The position numbers were made by a program, and so were the translations under genes. Below the pieces are notes generated by a model, which had not been told where the DNA came from, made no database searches, and was given only the letters and a program-made list of their open reading frames with translations. 64,000 nt of DNA, taken from IMG/VR virus record IMGVR_UViG_2645727839_000001, positions 32,001 through 96,000 of that record, one strand, 5' to 3'. The DNA is from a virus. Taxonomy: Duplodnaviria; Caudoviricetes. Numbering within the stretch: position 1 is the stretch's first letter; each line of letters begins with the position of its first letter. Positions 40,339 to 50,293 of this stretch are shown piece by piece.

Positions 40339-40398
40339 ATTACATATCTTTAAACTTTAAGGGACTCTATTAAGTCCCTTTTTTATTATCTAAAATCT

Positions 40399-40422
40399 GA
40401 TTGTGCCACAGGTAGCACAATC
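40399..40422. promoter_or_regulatory. imperfect palindrome upstream of parA (operator or parS candidate)
   Basis: GATTGTGC-CACAGGTA-GCACAATC; related TGTGCCA half-site near 39824. Confidence 0.45.
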
Positions 40423-40534
40423 GCTCATTTCTCTAAACCTCCCCTCATTCACAAAAATAGGTTAATACTTGTTTTTTAGTGAAATCATGCCATAATCCTC
40501 GCAACTAATATAAGAAACGGTAAGGGGCTACATT

Positions 40535-41665
40535 ATGGTAGGCAATATCAAAATCGCGAATATCCTTGAGAAGTTCAATGAAGTAGGTAATGAAGTACTA
40601 ATTGAATTACGTGAACATGGTGCATCGACTAAGAAATCTTCCGACCCTAGAAAATATGGCGCGCAAGAAGCTGCACATATATTAGGTCGCTCTCTTCCTT
40701 GGCTTCGTGACAACTCACGTCACATTGAAATCTCAGGTAACGGTAGAAGATATTACACGCTTCAAGACCTGTGGGATTTGAGAGAGGCTGGTGGATTGAT
40801 TTATCAGAAGCCGGAAGGAAAGAAAGCAATAAAGAAGGTTGTTGCTAACTTCAAAGGTGGTGTTGGTAAGAGTACGACCGTTATTCATGAAGCTCACTAT
40901 ATGGCTACATATAAAGGTATGAAAGTTCTAGTTATCGACCTAGACCCTCAAGCTTCAACCACATTCTGCATCAGCACAATGATTCCCGATTTGGATGTTG
41001 CACATGAGGATACGATCGTTGACTCGCTAACCAGTGACGTTTCGCTATGTGCTGATATCTTCCGTGGCACATACATACCTGGAGTGGATTTCATACCGGC
41101 TAACCTATCTCTTCAAGCTCTAGATATGATGCTGTTGAATGCCGACGATGAGAACATTGATCGCTTGGGGCCTATTCATACTCGCCTTGATTCGGTTCTT
41201 AAGTTGGTAGATGAACACTACGACCTCATCCTTATTGACTGTCCACCTAATATGGGAATGGTTACAGCAAATGCTATCACTGCGGCTAACGCAATGACTC
41301 TGCCAATTCCACCAGCTCTATACGATGTAGGCTCTGCAATTCTATTCAACAAAACTATCAGCCAATTCCTAGAGCAGTCAGGTAAAGAGTTGGACTACTT
41401 CAAGGTTCTTCTAACTAAACACCCTGAGTCGGCTGCTTCTAAGCGAAACGAATCACGTATTCGCCAAATCTTTGGTGATTACGTTTACGGTGGCTCAATT
41501 GTGGCTACTACTGAGTTTGAAAAGGCATCTGAAAACTTCACTACTGTTTACGACATCAACCGTGAAATGACTTCTAAGAAGGTTTACGAGCGAGCACTTG
41601 AAAGCCTGAATGAAGTACATGAAGAGATGTTCGCAGACTACCAATCACTAATGGGAAATGAGTAA
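40535..41665 (+). CDS. parA: type Ia ParA partition ATPase
   Basis: N-terminal HTH, NFKGGVGKST, IDLDPQAS, IDCPP. Confidence 0.93.
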   Translation: MVGNIKIANILEKFNEVGNEVLIELREHGASTKKSSDPRKYGAQEAAHILGRSLPWLRDNSRHIEISGNGRRYYTLQDLWDLREAGGLIYQKPEGKKAIKKVVANFKGGVGKSTTVIHEAHYMATYKGMKVLVIDLDPQASTTFCISTMIPDLDVAHEDTIVDSLTSDVSLCADIFRGTYIPGVDFIPANLSLQALDMMLLNADDENIDRLGPIHTRLDSVLKLVDEHYDLILIDCPPNMGMVTANAITAANAMTLPIPPALYDVGSAILFNKTISQFLEQSGKELDYFKVLLTKHPESAASKRNESRIRQIFGDYVYGGSIVATTEFEKASENFTTVYDINREMTSKKVYERALESLNEVHEEMFADYQSLMGNE

Positions 41666-42825
41666 TGACTGACACAAAGAGAAATCAAGACAAGGTACAT
41701 GCAGCTTCACCTATGCTTGCAGGTTTGAACAGAGATAGAGGTAACGATCGCTCTTCTGTCAGACGTGACACAAACAAGCCTAAGTTGGACATCATGAGCA
41801 AGATTAATGAGTCCAAAAAACCAATCGAAGAGGGTAGTGCAGCCTCGGAAAGTGTCACCACGCAGGAGACAAAATCTGAAAATGTCACCACGCAGGAGAC
41901 AAATTCAAAAAATGTCACCACGCAGGAGACAAAACCCGATGTTGAGAAAGCTGCTCCTAAAAAGAAGAAAGCCAAAGAATCTACCGCATCTGAAATAGCT
42001 ATCGAGTTAATCACCCCTTGGGGGTTTGCTGATAGACCGGATGATGAGTTTGGTGATGATGAAGAATGGCACTCGTTTGTTCAATCTATTCGCCAAGATG
42101 GAATTGACCAGCCTGTTACTGTTCGCCCTAAGAAGGGTGGCAAAGGTTATGAATTGATATGTGGTCGTCGTCGTTACACGGCTGCACTCGAATGCAACAT
42201 GAGAGCTATGCCATGTATCGTTCGTGATCTTGATGATATGGAGGCCGCTCTACTTCAAGACCGTGAGAACGAACAGCGTAAAGACCTATCGGTTTGGGCT
42301 AGAGCCAAGAACTGGCAGAACCTACTCGACAACAATGTATTCAAAAACTCATCACAGTTAGGTGCTCATCTTGGTTTAGATCGACGCTACGTAAATAAAG
42401 TAATGGTGTTTACTCGCATTGAGCCTGAAATTGAGGCTGCTATTTCCAACAAGGGAAATGTAAGTATGTCGTTAGCACAAGAGTTGGTTAATCTAACTCG
42501 AGTTACTGACCTACAGCCGAAGAGTACTGTTAAGAAAAATATCGAGGCTATCGTTGCTGTAGCGGATAAGATTTCAATTGGTGGAATGACCGGAGCTAAG
42601 TTGAAGTCGCTAATCAATAAGGCTGACTCTGACGAAAGCAAAACAGATAACGAAATTGCCTACGACAAGAATATAGGTGTTGTTGACGGTACTAGATATA
42701 TTACTTTGCGTAAGGATAGTAACGGAACACCAACTATCAGTATTTTAAAAGAGGCTAGGGAGCTTATTACTGAGCAAGAGATTGCGGAGCTTATTACCTC
42801 TCTAATTGTTGACTCCAAAAAATAA
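41665..42825 (+). CDS. parB: ParB/Spo0J partition protein
   Basis: QPVTVR, ICGRRRY, ENEQRKDLS, HTH. Confidence 0.93.
   Translation: MTDTKRNQDKVHAASPMLAGLNRDRGNDRSSVRRDTNKPKLDIMSKINESKKPIEEGSAASESVTTQETKSENVTTQETNSKNVTTQETKPDVEKAAPKKKKAKESTASEIAIELITPWGFADRPDDEFGDDEEWHSFVQSIRQDGIDQPVTVRPKKGGKGYELICGRRRYTAALECNMRAMPCIVRDLDDMEAALLQDRENEQRKDLSVWARAKNWQNLLDNNVFKNSSQLGAHLGLDRRYVNKVMVFTRIEPEIEAAISNKGNVSMSLAQELVNLTRVTDLQPKSTVKKNIEAIVAVADKISIGGMTGAKLKSLINKADSDESKTDNEIAYDKNIGVVDGTRYITLRKDSNGTPTISILKEARELITEQEIAELITSLIVDSKK
41849..41932 (+). repeat. three 30-bp tandem repeats inside parB
   Basis: TGTCACCACGCAGGAGACAAA three times, encoding VTTQET. Confidence 0.85.
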
Positions 42826-43130
42826 TAAACAATGATGTGTAGGCGCGAATATTTATATTTAGCGCCTATATTAACACTCAAAAATTGAAAGTTGAGTTTG
42901 AGAATTCGATTGTGGTGGTGTCAAAATAGAGCTGTGTTTAATTCTCAGAAGAGATTAAAAGAAAGATGATAAATGTTAGCAGTGTAAAACTAAGCGCTCT
43001 CAGAATTGATTTGAGAGCGTTTTTGATTTTTGGGGAATTTTCTTATTTTGATGTGAATCGAGGGGAATTTTCAGAAAACGAAACGCCAAAATTTTTGAAC
43101 TGACTTTTGCCAATTTTCAAAATTGCCATT

Positions 43131-43655
43131 TTACTTCTCAATTACCTCTTCAAAACCATTCGACTTGTTCAACTGCTCAATAGCCAGATTATTCTTTTTA
43201 GTTTCTAAACTCACACGGCTAGTTTCAATCGCATCATAAAAAGCCTGCGAGAAAGTAGGCCAAGTTCTAGAATCCATAACGACAAACTTTTTACCTCGCT
43301 CTGTTGGGAAGAAAAAAGTTTCCTCTATATATAGATAGCCATTTTTTACTAATCGCTCTCTTACTTCTTCCGGTGGCATGATAGAGCCACAACTTTTTCT
43401 CATTACACTTTCGCCCAACTCTTCACAAGAATATTGAACAATAGAAGAGGGCTTATCTTCATTTTGCTCTACACATCCCTTTTTAGTTTGTTCTGGTGTG
43501 AATACTTTCAGTCTTGAATCGGTTTCTAACATGGCTGTTTGAAATAGCTTTCTCTCTTTGTGACAAGTCAGCTCCAATCCCATCTTTCTTATCTCGATAA
43601 AAGCCTTAGCAAATGCTAAGGCTTCTTCGGCTGATTCTCGGTTTTTATCAGTCAT
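43131..43655 (-). CDS. hypothetical protein, possible antirepressor-type DNA-binding C-terminus
   Basis: LVKNGYL...PTERGKKF; leader variant ACACGAAGAGA. Confidence 0.5.
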   Translation of the reverse strand: MTDKNRESAEEALAFAKAFIEIRKMGLELTCHKERKLFQTAMLETDSRLKVFTPEQTKKGCVEQNEDKPSSIVQYSCEELGESVMRKSCGSIMPPEEVRERLVKNGYLYIEETFFFPTERGKKFVVMDSRTWPTFSQAFYDAIETSRVSLETKKNNLAIEQLNKSNGFEEVIEK

Positions 43656-43670
43656 AGTTATCTCTTCGTG

Positions 43671-44339
43671 TTAACCGTCTAGGTCATCTAGTAGTGAATC
43701 TAAATCTAGGTCATCGAGGTCTTCGGATTCTTCCTTTTCCTCTTTCACAGGGTCACCACTTCCGGCATCGTAAACTGTGCCATCTGCGCTAAGGTTTATG
43801 ACTTCTCCACCTAAGATAGACTCTTCGGGTTCACCATTGGAATCGAGAAGCAATGCGTCGATGGGGTCATTAGGGTCTAGCTCTCTGTTGAGCCTTTCTG
43901 CTTCTTCTTCCGCTATGACATCAGCCATCAACTCATCCACTTCTGCAATCGAAGCTTCTAAGTCCTCATCTATATCAGAGACAAGGTTTGTCATCTCTTC
44001 TGACCGGGCTTCCTCAACTGTCTCTTTGTCGTGAAGTGCCTCTAAGCGTTCATCAAGACGATCATCGAACTCAACCATTAAGTCTTTAGCTTCTGGCTCT
44101 GCCTCTAGAAGTTCGCCTTCTATTACAGGTTCTTTAGTTTTCTCGGGGGGAGGTGTGGTGACAACATCGGAGGTGATGAGCAAAGCAAAGTCTATCTCTG
44201 ATTCGGTAGCTGACGACAAGGCTTCTAGAACCTCTGTGGTGCGCTCGTCTGTCTCCTGAGAGTAGAACTTAACTAATGGTGATTTAAGAAGGGATTTATT
44301 TGCTGCTACTAAATGTAGAATTTGAACCGCTTTGCTCAT
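43671..44339 (-). CDS. highly acidic protein with SSB-like tail LDSLLDDLDG
   Basis: ORF composition. Confidence 0.7.
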   Translation of the reverse strand: MSKAVQILHLVAANKSLLKSPLVKFYSQETDERTTEVLEALSSATESEIDFALLITSDVVTTPPPEKTKEPVIEGELLEAEPEAKDLMVEFDDRLDERLEALHDKETVEEARSEEMTNLVSDIDEDLEASIAEVDELMADVIAEEEAERLNRELDPNDPIDALLLDSNGEPEESILGGEVINLSADGTVYDAGSGDPVKEEKEESEDLDDLDLDSLLDDLDG

Positions 44340-44416
44340 AATTGTCTCTTAAAGTGTGTGAACTGAATATGTTCTTACTATAAGAGACTAAGCGAGGGAT
44401 ATCGGGGAGGCTTTTA

Positions 44417-44674
44417 CTAATTGCCGACAATGAAAGTATCGATTCTTGGCACTTCACATAAGCCTAGAAAGCTTGCGAGAGACATACAGGCGACAATGTG
44501 TTTAACGAGAGAACCGGATTCATCCACTCCTATCTCAGTTTTTCCCTCTATATATAGAGAGCAAAGTGCCTCTTCATCGATGAATCGGATTGGCATGGAG
44601 TAAAGTTCTGACTTTTCCAGAAATGAAAAATGGGGATGGTTAAGGATGTCAGGGATATCTTTAAGGAATTTCAT
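44417..44674 (-). CDS. hypothetical protein
   Basis: ORF track. Confidence 0.5.
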   Translation of the reverse strand: MKFLKDIPDILNHPHFSFLEKSELYSMPIRFIDEEALCSLYIEGKTEIGVDESGSLVKHIVACMSLASFLGLCEVPRIDTFIVGN

Positions 44675-44730
44675 GGTGCCACCGTTCTTAAGTTGTAAGG
44701 CAGGGTAGCACCACGAATAGAAAGATCAAA

Positions 44731-45024
44731 TTAATCTAATTTGGAGACCTTATTTCTCAAAATAGCCAGCTCACTCTCAACAGAGCTAGTTTGTCGCTTG
44801 AGGCGGCCAATCGACTTTTTGGCTTCATCAATGACAGGTTCGTACCTTTCTTTGGCTTCATCTAGACCTGCAAACTTGCCTATCTCCCAAGCTGTCTTAG
44901 TGACAGAGAAACCAAATATGGCTATCGATATAATGTGAAAACCTAATATCACTGACAACAGAAAGAAGAATAGGTTAAGGGCATAAACAATCTTAAGTTT
45001 CTTTGAATGCTTCACTGCTAACAA
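44731..45024 (-). CDS. hypothetical membrane/coiled-coil protein
   Basis: TM segment followed by coiled coil. Confidence 0.55.
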   Translation of the reverse strand: MLAVKHSKKLKIVYALNLFFFLLSVILGFHIISIAIFGFSVTKTAWEIGKFAGLDEAKERYEPVIDEAKKSIGRLKRQTSSVESELAILRNKVSKLD

Positions 45025-46400
45025 CCCTGTCCATCTTCTGCCGACTTGTCAGTTCGGATCTTAATGTAACGTGGGTGACGCAAACTACCGTCCTTAGTTT
45101 CTTCGTGAGCATGTACCTGAATGACTTGGCCCACCAGCATCTCACCGTTAGGTTCTATGACATGCTCAATGGTTTCGTTACCTTTCTTGGAGTAATAAGT
45201 GACAGGCTCATCATGGTAGTTAGCCCAATGCTGCGCACGTTCTTCAATAGACCAGCCGCCACCGATACGAACCTCAACGGTTTTACCCTTTGAGTTCTCA
45301 TAGTCACAGATAGCAGCACCCATTAGGTGTTCGAACTCTTTACCTTCTTCGCCTGGCACCAACTCTTTAACTACCAAGTCCTTATCAATAAGACCTTTCA
45401 TTTTTAGCCAGTTCTTCGAACGCTTACCTTCCCATAGGCCGTTAGGCACTTTAACTATCAGACCCTCTTTACCGGAATCATGAACTCGTTTGAAGTACTC
45501 CCTAGCATGAGCCTCATTTTGAATGCTAACTGCATCGGTTAACGAGATACGTGGGAACTGTTCACCATACTTAAAGAAGAAGTCCTTCATCTTCTCTCGA
45601 CGTTCGGAGTAAACCAATCGACTCTTTCTAGAATCGAATTCGTTTTGAGTAAGGATATCGATAACCTTTATCTGCATAGTCTTAGTGCCACCTTTCTTAC
45701 GAGCGCCACTAACAGAGTCGTTGAAGTCGTCGCTTGCCTCAACCATCTCACTATCTATAACCATCAAACAGTCTGCATCTTCCACAAACTCTTTTCGCCA
45801 ACAGCTCATTAAGATCTCTGATTGAGCCTTTAACTCTTCATTGGCATATAAAGGAAGACCATTTCGAGATACGTACTCATGGCTCTTGTTCTCTAAACAG
45901 AACCCACGAACGCCATCTTCCTTTATCTCAGCGAAAGCCGGCCACTCAATCTCATGACAGTAATCATCAAAGGGATGAGCCAACATGTTTTTGAAAACAT
46001 AGATGGTGTTAGGGAACACCTTGTTAACCGTAGATTCTGAAAAACCTGCCTTTAGGTTTCTCTTAATGATACGGCTTAAGAGTTCAGAGGATTTAGGAGT
46101 AAGTCTTTCTAACTCATTTTTGACCGCATCTTTCGCAGCGTTACCAGTAAGAAGTCGATCTCTTAGGTTTTGAAGAAGTTCTAAGGTTTCTCTAGAGAAC
46201 TCCTCATCTCCAAAATGAGAGGTTTTAGGTAGCTTGTTCATACCAAATGTTATGAAAGGGTCTAGTGAACTACACAAAACCATTTTAAAGAGTCGATTCT
46301 CCCAATATTCTCGGATTAGATTTTCTTTGTCTGTTTTACTGGATAGCTCAGAAATGTTTTCTAAAAGGTCTAAGACCTCATCAGAGTGCAATTGGATCAT
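45018..46400 (-). CDS. ATP-dependent DNA ligase
   Basis: KEDGVR (motif I), EGLIVK, WLKMK, SLRHPRY..IRTDK. Confidence 0.92.
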   Translation of the reverse strand: MIQLHSDEVLDLLENISELSSKTDKENLIREYWENRLFKMVLCSSLDPFITFGMNKLPKTSHFGDEEFSRETLELLQNLRDRLLTGNAAKDAVKNELERLTPKSSELLSRIIKRNLKAGFSESTVNKVFPNTIYVFKNMLAHPFDDYCHEIEWPAFAEIKEDGVRGFCLENKSHEYVSRNGLPLYANEELKAQSEILMSCWRKEFVEDADCLMVIDSEMVEASDDFNDSVSGARKKGGTKTMQIKVIDILTQNEFDSRKSRLVYSERREKMKDFFFKYGEQFPRISLTDAVSIQNEAHAREYFKRVHDSGKEGLIVKVPNGLWEGKRSKNWLKMKGLIDKDLVVKELVPGEEGKEFEHLMGAAICDYENSKGKTVEVRIGGGWSIEERAQHWANYHDEPVTYYSKKGNETIEHVIEPNGEMLVGQVIQVHAHEETKDGSLRHPRYIKIRTDKSAEDGQGC

Positions 46401-46903
46401 TTGTTACCTCTTGAGTAGCGTTTGGCAAATTGAATTGGAGTCTCCCCTTTTTTTGGTTTGATGACGCTCGGCGTTTTTGATTCGCGATGTATGGCGGCAT
46501 TGATTGCCACTGACATGTCAGAGCCCATCATTTCCTCGTCGATAGACTTAGGTTTTGATTTTTGAGGGGTAGGTTTGGTAGTCGAAGAAAAAGATCTTCT
46601 CTTTGAAGTAGATGAGTACGGCTTAGCAATAGGGGTCTTGATAACTTCCTTGCGCTCGACAAAGTACAGACCTTTGCCTACTTCCTTTTCTTCCTCTCTC
46701 ATAGTGAAAGCAATGCATTCACCTTTTCTAAGAGCGGTTTGGCAATCTGGAAAGGACTCACCAATCCTGTTCTCTTCAACTGCCATCAAAAAGTTTACGC
46801 AGATTGAGTAATGACACCTTCTATTAAGTGCGCCACAACCAATGATGTGAGTGTTCTTACATGAAGCCGACACATTAGCTCCACTTAAGCGTTCATGTCT
46901 CAT
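46397..46903 (-). CDS. hypothetical Cys-rich protein
   Basis: ATGA-coupled on both sides. Confidence 0.65.
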   Translation of the reverse strand: MRHERLSGANVSASCKNTHIIGCGALNRRCHYSICVNFLMAVEENRIGESFPDCQTALRKGECIAFTMREEEKEVGKGLYFVERKEVIKTPIAKPYSSTSKRRSFSSTTKPTPQKSKPKSIDEEMMGSDMSVAINAAIHRESKTPSVIKPKKGETPIQFAKRYSRGNK

Positions 46904-47358
46904 CCCCAAGCTCCCCAATCAGCGTGAAATGCCGACTCTGAAACTCTTCTGGTTTTGACAATGTTAGGGTCACCAAAGACTACTTTACCTAGCTTCTCTT
47001 CCGACTCTAGTTCGGCTCTCAGCTCAGTGAAGCTTTTAGCCTCTGCCTTTGAGTAAGGGATACATTCTTTGATCGTCTTCTCTAGCTCTTCGATGCTAAA
47101 CATACCGTACATAGTCATATCGCCATCACCGTACTGGCGTTCTTTGCGCTTCTTACGTTCCGCTTTGAACATGCCTTTACCGAGATTGATGTTCTTGTAC
47201 ACGTCTAACTTGAAAGTGCCTTTGGTTTGAGTTTTACCCCAACGCTTTAGTACGTAGCTTTGTGATTTCTCACCTGTATCTATCAGAAACAGGTCATAGT
47301 CCTTACTTCCGCTAGTGTGCTGAAAGTGGATATGAGTAAGGGAGATAGTGGGTCCCAT
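46900..47358 (-). CDS. WGR-domain-like protein, C-terminal WGAWG
   Basis: K.Y.LFL...VLKRWGK..TKG; shared leader; operator at 47382-47399. Confidence 0.6.
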   Translation of the reverse strand: MGPTISLTHIHFQHTSGSKDYDLFLIDTGEKSQSYVLKRWGKTQTKGTFKLDVYKNINLGKGMFKAERKKRKERQYGDGDMTMYGMFSIEELEKTIKECIPYSKAEAKSFTELRAELESEEKLGKVVFGDPNIVKTRRVSESAFHADWGAWG

Positions 47359-47467
47359 AAATGATTCCTCTTTGTGTGCGATAAGTCACTTGTGACTTAT
47401 TTGTGTAGTATAAGAAATCATAAACGGGGAAACAACAAGGGACTATGAAAGTCCCTTGCTTTCTAAC

Positions 47468-48160
47468 CTAACCAAGAATGTAGGAAAACTTAACTAGTAG
47501 CTCATTACGCGAAGCTACTTGGGTTTTTTGAAAGATGTGGTTGATGTGGGTTTTGACTGTAGCTAGAGATACCCCTAAAGACATTGCTATGTTTTTATTA
47601 TCTAAACCTTTCATAATGCTTTCTAGAACATCCATCTCTCGGCTTGTGATGCAAAACTCAGAGCGAATGCTGTCGCGGCAGCTATCTCGTTTAGGTAAGT
47701 AAAGGGTTTTGATAGAGAACTCTATGAATCGGTGCAAAGCGTTCATCGTGTTAATTTCCTCTTTAGTGAAGGGAGGAAATGAGTCATCTCTTAGTATCGT
47801 CAAAACCGCGACAATGTTTTTAGAGTTATCCCTAAAGAACATATCCGCAACGTGCTCTATATTGAGTGGTTGCAAAAATTCTTTGTAGTATACGGAGCTG
47901 CGCCAGTTGGTGTTGTGGAACAGCTTTTCCAAAATTACTAATTTCTCATCGCTTTTTTCGAATCGACGAGGCGCAGCTAGATCAAGCTCGAGAAATCTAT
48001 CTCGGTACTCTCTGTCAGTGCTTGCGGATACTCCATTCAAAGCAATGCCTCTTGCGCTCATGTGTTTATCCACAAAGTAAAATGCAGATGAGGTGATAGG
48101 CATTAGTCCATTAATTAGTTGCAGTATTTCCTTATGTAGTAGTTCAATTTCTTGTGACAT
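47468..48160 (-). CDS. LuxR-type C-terminal HTH transcriptional regulator
   Basis: ITSREMDVL...GLDNKNIA..LGVSLATVKTHINHIFQK. Confidence 0.88.
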   Translation of the reverse strand: MSQEIELLHKEILQLINGLMPITSSAFYFVDKHMSARGIALNGVSASTDREYRDRFLELDLAAPRRFEKSDEKLVILEKLFHNTNWRSSVYYKEFLQPLNIEHVADMFFRDNSKNIVAVLTILRDDSFPPFTKEEINTMNALHRFIEFSIKTLYLPKRDSCRDSIRSEFCITSREMDVLESIMKGLDNKNIAMSLGVSLATVKTHINHIFQKTQVASRNELLVKFSYILG

Positions 48161-48222
48161 TTTAAAGTTCCAAAAAAAAGCCGCTCTAGTGTTGAGCGGC
48201 TTATCATTACTATAGGCTTTTG

Positions 48223-49047
48223 CTATTCAATATGATGCTCAGTTTCATTAAGAATAGACGCCTTAGCACCGACTGGGAAGTTGTTAATCTTCTTAAACTC
48301 AGTGCCGTCAAAGCCTAAAATTTTACCTGTAGTCTTGAAGCGGCTCAGGTCGATCATGATGATACCCAGTGTAGGGATCACCTTTTCACGCCATACGAAC
48401 AGGAATAGATCATCTGCCACTTTAAAGTGGTGACACTTATCTGTCTCAACCAAACCTCGTTCTACACCTTTCATGCAATGCCATGTGTAGTAGTTTGAGT
48501 TTAGGTAAATATGTTCGTAGTACTCATGAGGGCTGTATTCGTACTGAACGCGCTTACCAACTAACTCTTCTGTCTCTTCATGGCCGGACATCTCGCCAAA
48601 TGGCTTGCCAATTGAGCATTGAAGAATGTCCACCTGAACACTTGTCAGCAACTCACCAGACTTAACTCGTTGGTAAATTGGGCGCATTGCTTCGCTCTCA
48701 CTTGGCATTTGGCCAACTACGATTGTCGCTTTCTCTTCCGCCAGGTTCAGAACAATGCTTGCGCTTGCCGCAAACTCTTCCTCTTTGACGAAATCGACGA
48801 AATAAATTCCCTCACGGAGACAAGTAGCCTTGTAGATACCTTGACCTTTAGCGCCTTTCTCAACGCCATCTAAAACTTCCCAAGTTAGAACCTTTTCAGA
48901 TTCAAAGTGGTGGCTAATTGCCATATCTTCTGCGTGAAGAATAAAAGTTTTACCTGTCAAATCATTTACGTGCTCTAGGATGTTTGCTTCCTTTGCAAAC
49001 CCTTCTGCTAGTGCGTCTACTTGTACCCATTCAGTTTGTGCATTCAT
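48223..49047 (-). CDS. MoaF-family protein
   Basis: Two repeated beta domains; GIYFVDF, YEHIYLN..Y.WHC..G.E.GL, FVWREK. Confidence 0.75.
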   Translation of the reverse strand: MNAQTEWVQVDALAEGFAKEANILEHVNDLTGKTFILHAEDMAISHHFESEKVLTWEVLDGVEKGAKGQGIYKATCLREGIYFVDFVKEEEFAASASIVLNLAEEKATIVVGQMPSESEAMRPIYQRVKSGELLTSVQVDILQCSIGKPFGEMSGHEETEELVGKRVQYEYSPHEYYEHIYLNSNYYTWHCMKGVERGLVETDKCHHFKVADDLFLFVWREKVIPTLGIIMIDLSRFKTTGKILGFDGTEFKKINNFPVGAKASILNETEHHIE

Positions 49048-49194
49048 TTCAATAATTCTCTAAAAAACCGCAGCTCTCTTTCGCTGCGTAGTCATCATCG
49101 TGATTTTGAATGCTCTCTGACATCAATCTAAAGATTGAATGTTGTTACTATAAGAAAAAATATACATGAGTCATGCAGGTGTTAACAGACATAA

Positions 49195-49227
49195 AAAAAG
49201 GGCTTCCGAAGAAGCCCTTTATTTTTT
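49195..49227. terminator. intrinsic terminator; near-identical copy at 49840-49868
   Basis: AAAGGGCTTC-CGAA-GAAGCCCTTT. Confidence 0.75.
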
Positions 49228-49777
49228 AAAGAGATTTGATAGGTTTAGCAGGGACACCCGCTACCACCGTATTGGGCGGTACATCCTTATTTACAACGGC
49301 ACCAGCTGCAACAATTGAATTCTCACCAATAGTTACTCCGCCTAAGATTGTTGCGTTCGCGCCAATCCACACACGGTCACCAATTACAATAGGTAATGAT
49401 TGCTCATAGCCTTCTGAACGCTGAATGGCATCAAGAGGGTGACCAGTTGTGGTAATCACAACGTTAGGCGCAAGCAGTACTGACTCACCGATTGTAACGA
49501 AGTTACCATCAAGAATGGTGCAGCCATGATTTGCATAGAAGTGATCACCTACAATGATATTGCAACCGTAATCGCAATTAAATGGTGATTCTAGGTGTGC
49601 TGTTTTGTTACCAATAAGTTCTGCGGTGATACGCTCACGAACTTGGGAGTCAAAAGCTTGATTTAGTTGGTAACATTTGAATTTTGTAGTGGCTCGCTCT
49701 TCTTCAAGGCTTGTTTCAAAAGCCATGTACATTTCGCCAGTTAACATTTTTTCTCTTTCAGTGTTGATATTCATCAT
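49226..49777 (-). CDS. maa: sugar (maltose/galactoside) O-acetyltransferase
   Basis: [20 protein letters not shown], hexapeptide repeats, VAGVPAK. Confidence 0.88.
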   Translation of the reverse strand: MMNINTEREKMLTGEMYMAFETSLEEERATTKFKCYQLNQAFDSQVRERITAELIGNKTAHLESPFNCDYGCNIIVGDHFYANHGCTILDGNFVTIGESVLLAPNVVITTTGHPLDAIQRSEGYEQSLPIVIGDRVWIGANATILGGVTIGENSIVAAGAVVNKDVPPNTVVAGVPAKPIKSL

Positions 49778-49898
49778 AGTGTTTCTCTTTGTGTAGTGAG
49801 TTCTCAGTATATGAGAATAATCAAGGTTACTAAAGATAAAAAAAAAGGACTTCCGAAGAAGTCCTTTTATGACATGAAAGATGTTATGCGTAACTCTA

Positions 49899-50282
49899 TC
49901 AACCTTTCAGTACTGAGTTCAAAAGGTTCGTATAGGCTGACTTGACACCTGTATCCTCGACCTCAGTTTCACTCTGGTCGATCTCAACTTTTCTGTCTAA
50001 GCCGCGAACTAGGCAACTAATGTAACCAATGCTCACACCTGTTATTTTGGAGATATCTCGTAAGCTGTATTTCTTATCAGCCATTGCTCTTATTTTGGCA
50101 ATGACCTCATCAGAGTACTGCTTACTTCTTCCTCCAACCTTCTGTTTAAACTCCATACCGTTTCTATATAGGTATTGATAGATAGTTCTTCGACTTTTCC
50201 CTGTTAACTCCGCCAGCTCATCCAAATCCATAAATTGCGAGTTGGTTTCAACTATCTGTCTTTGTTTATCAGTCCAAGCCAT
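49899..50282 (-). CDS. double-HTH DNA-binding protein
   Basis: WTDKQ...[13 protein letters not shown]; [18 protein letters not shown]. Confidence 0.7.
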   Translation of the reverse strand: MAWTDKQRQIVETNSQFMDLDELAELTGKSRRTIYQYLYRNGMEFKQKVGGRSKQYSDEVIAKIRAMADKKYSLRDISKITGVSIGYISCLVRGLDRKVEIDQSETEVEDTGVKSAYTNLLNSVLKG

Positions 50283-50293
50283 GATACACCTTG

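Noticed and set aside
30361-43100. Paired GGGAATTT motifs at ~30366/30390 and ~43033/43063
   Set aside because: Too short and AT-rich to support without statistics
47468-48160. LuxR-type gene as an AHL or VqmA quorum-sensing receptor
   Set aside because: The N-terminal domain shows no recognisable AHL-binding or PAS signature; more likely a local regulator of the MoaF-family gene
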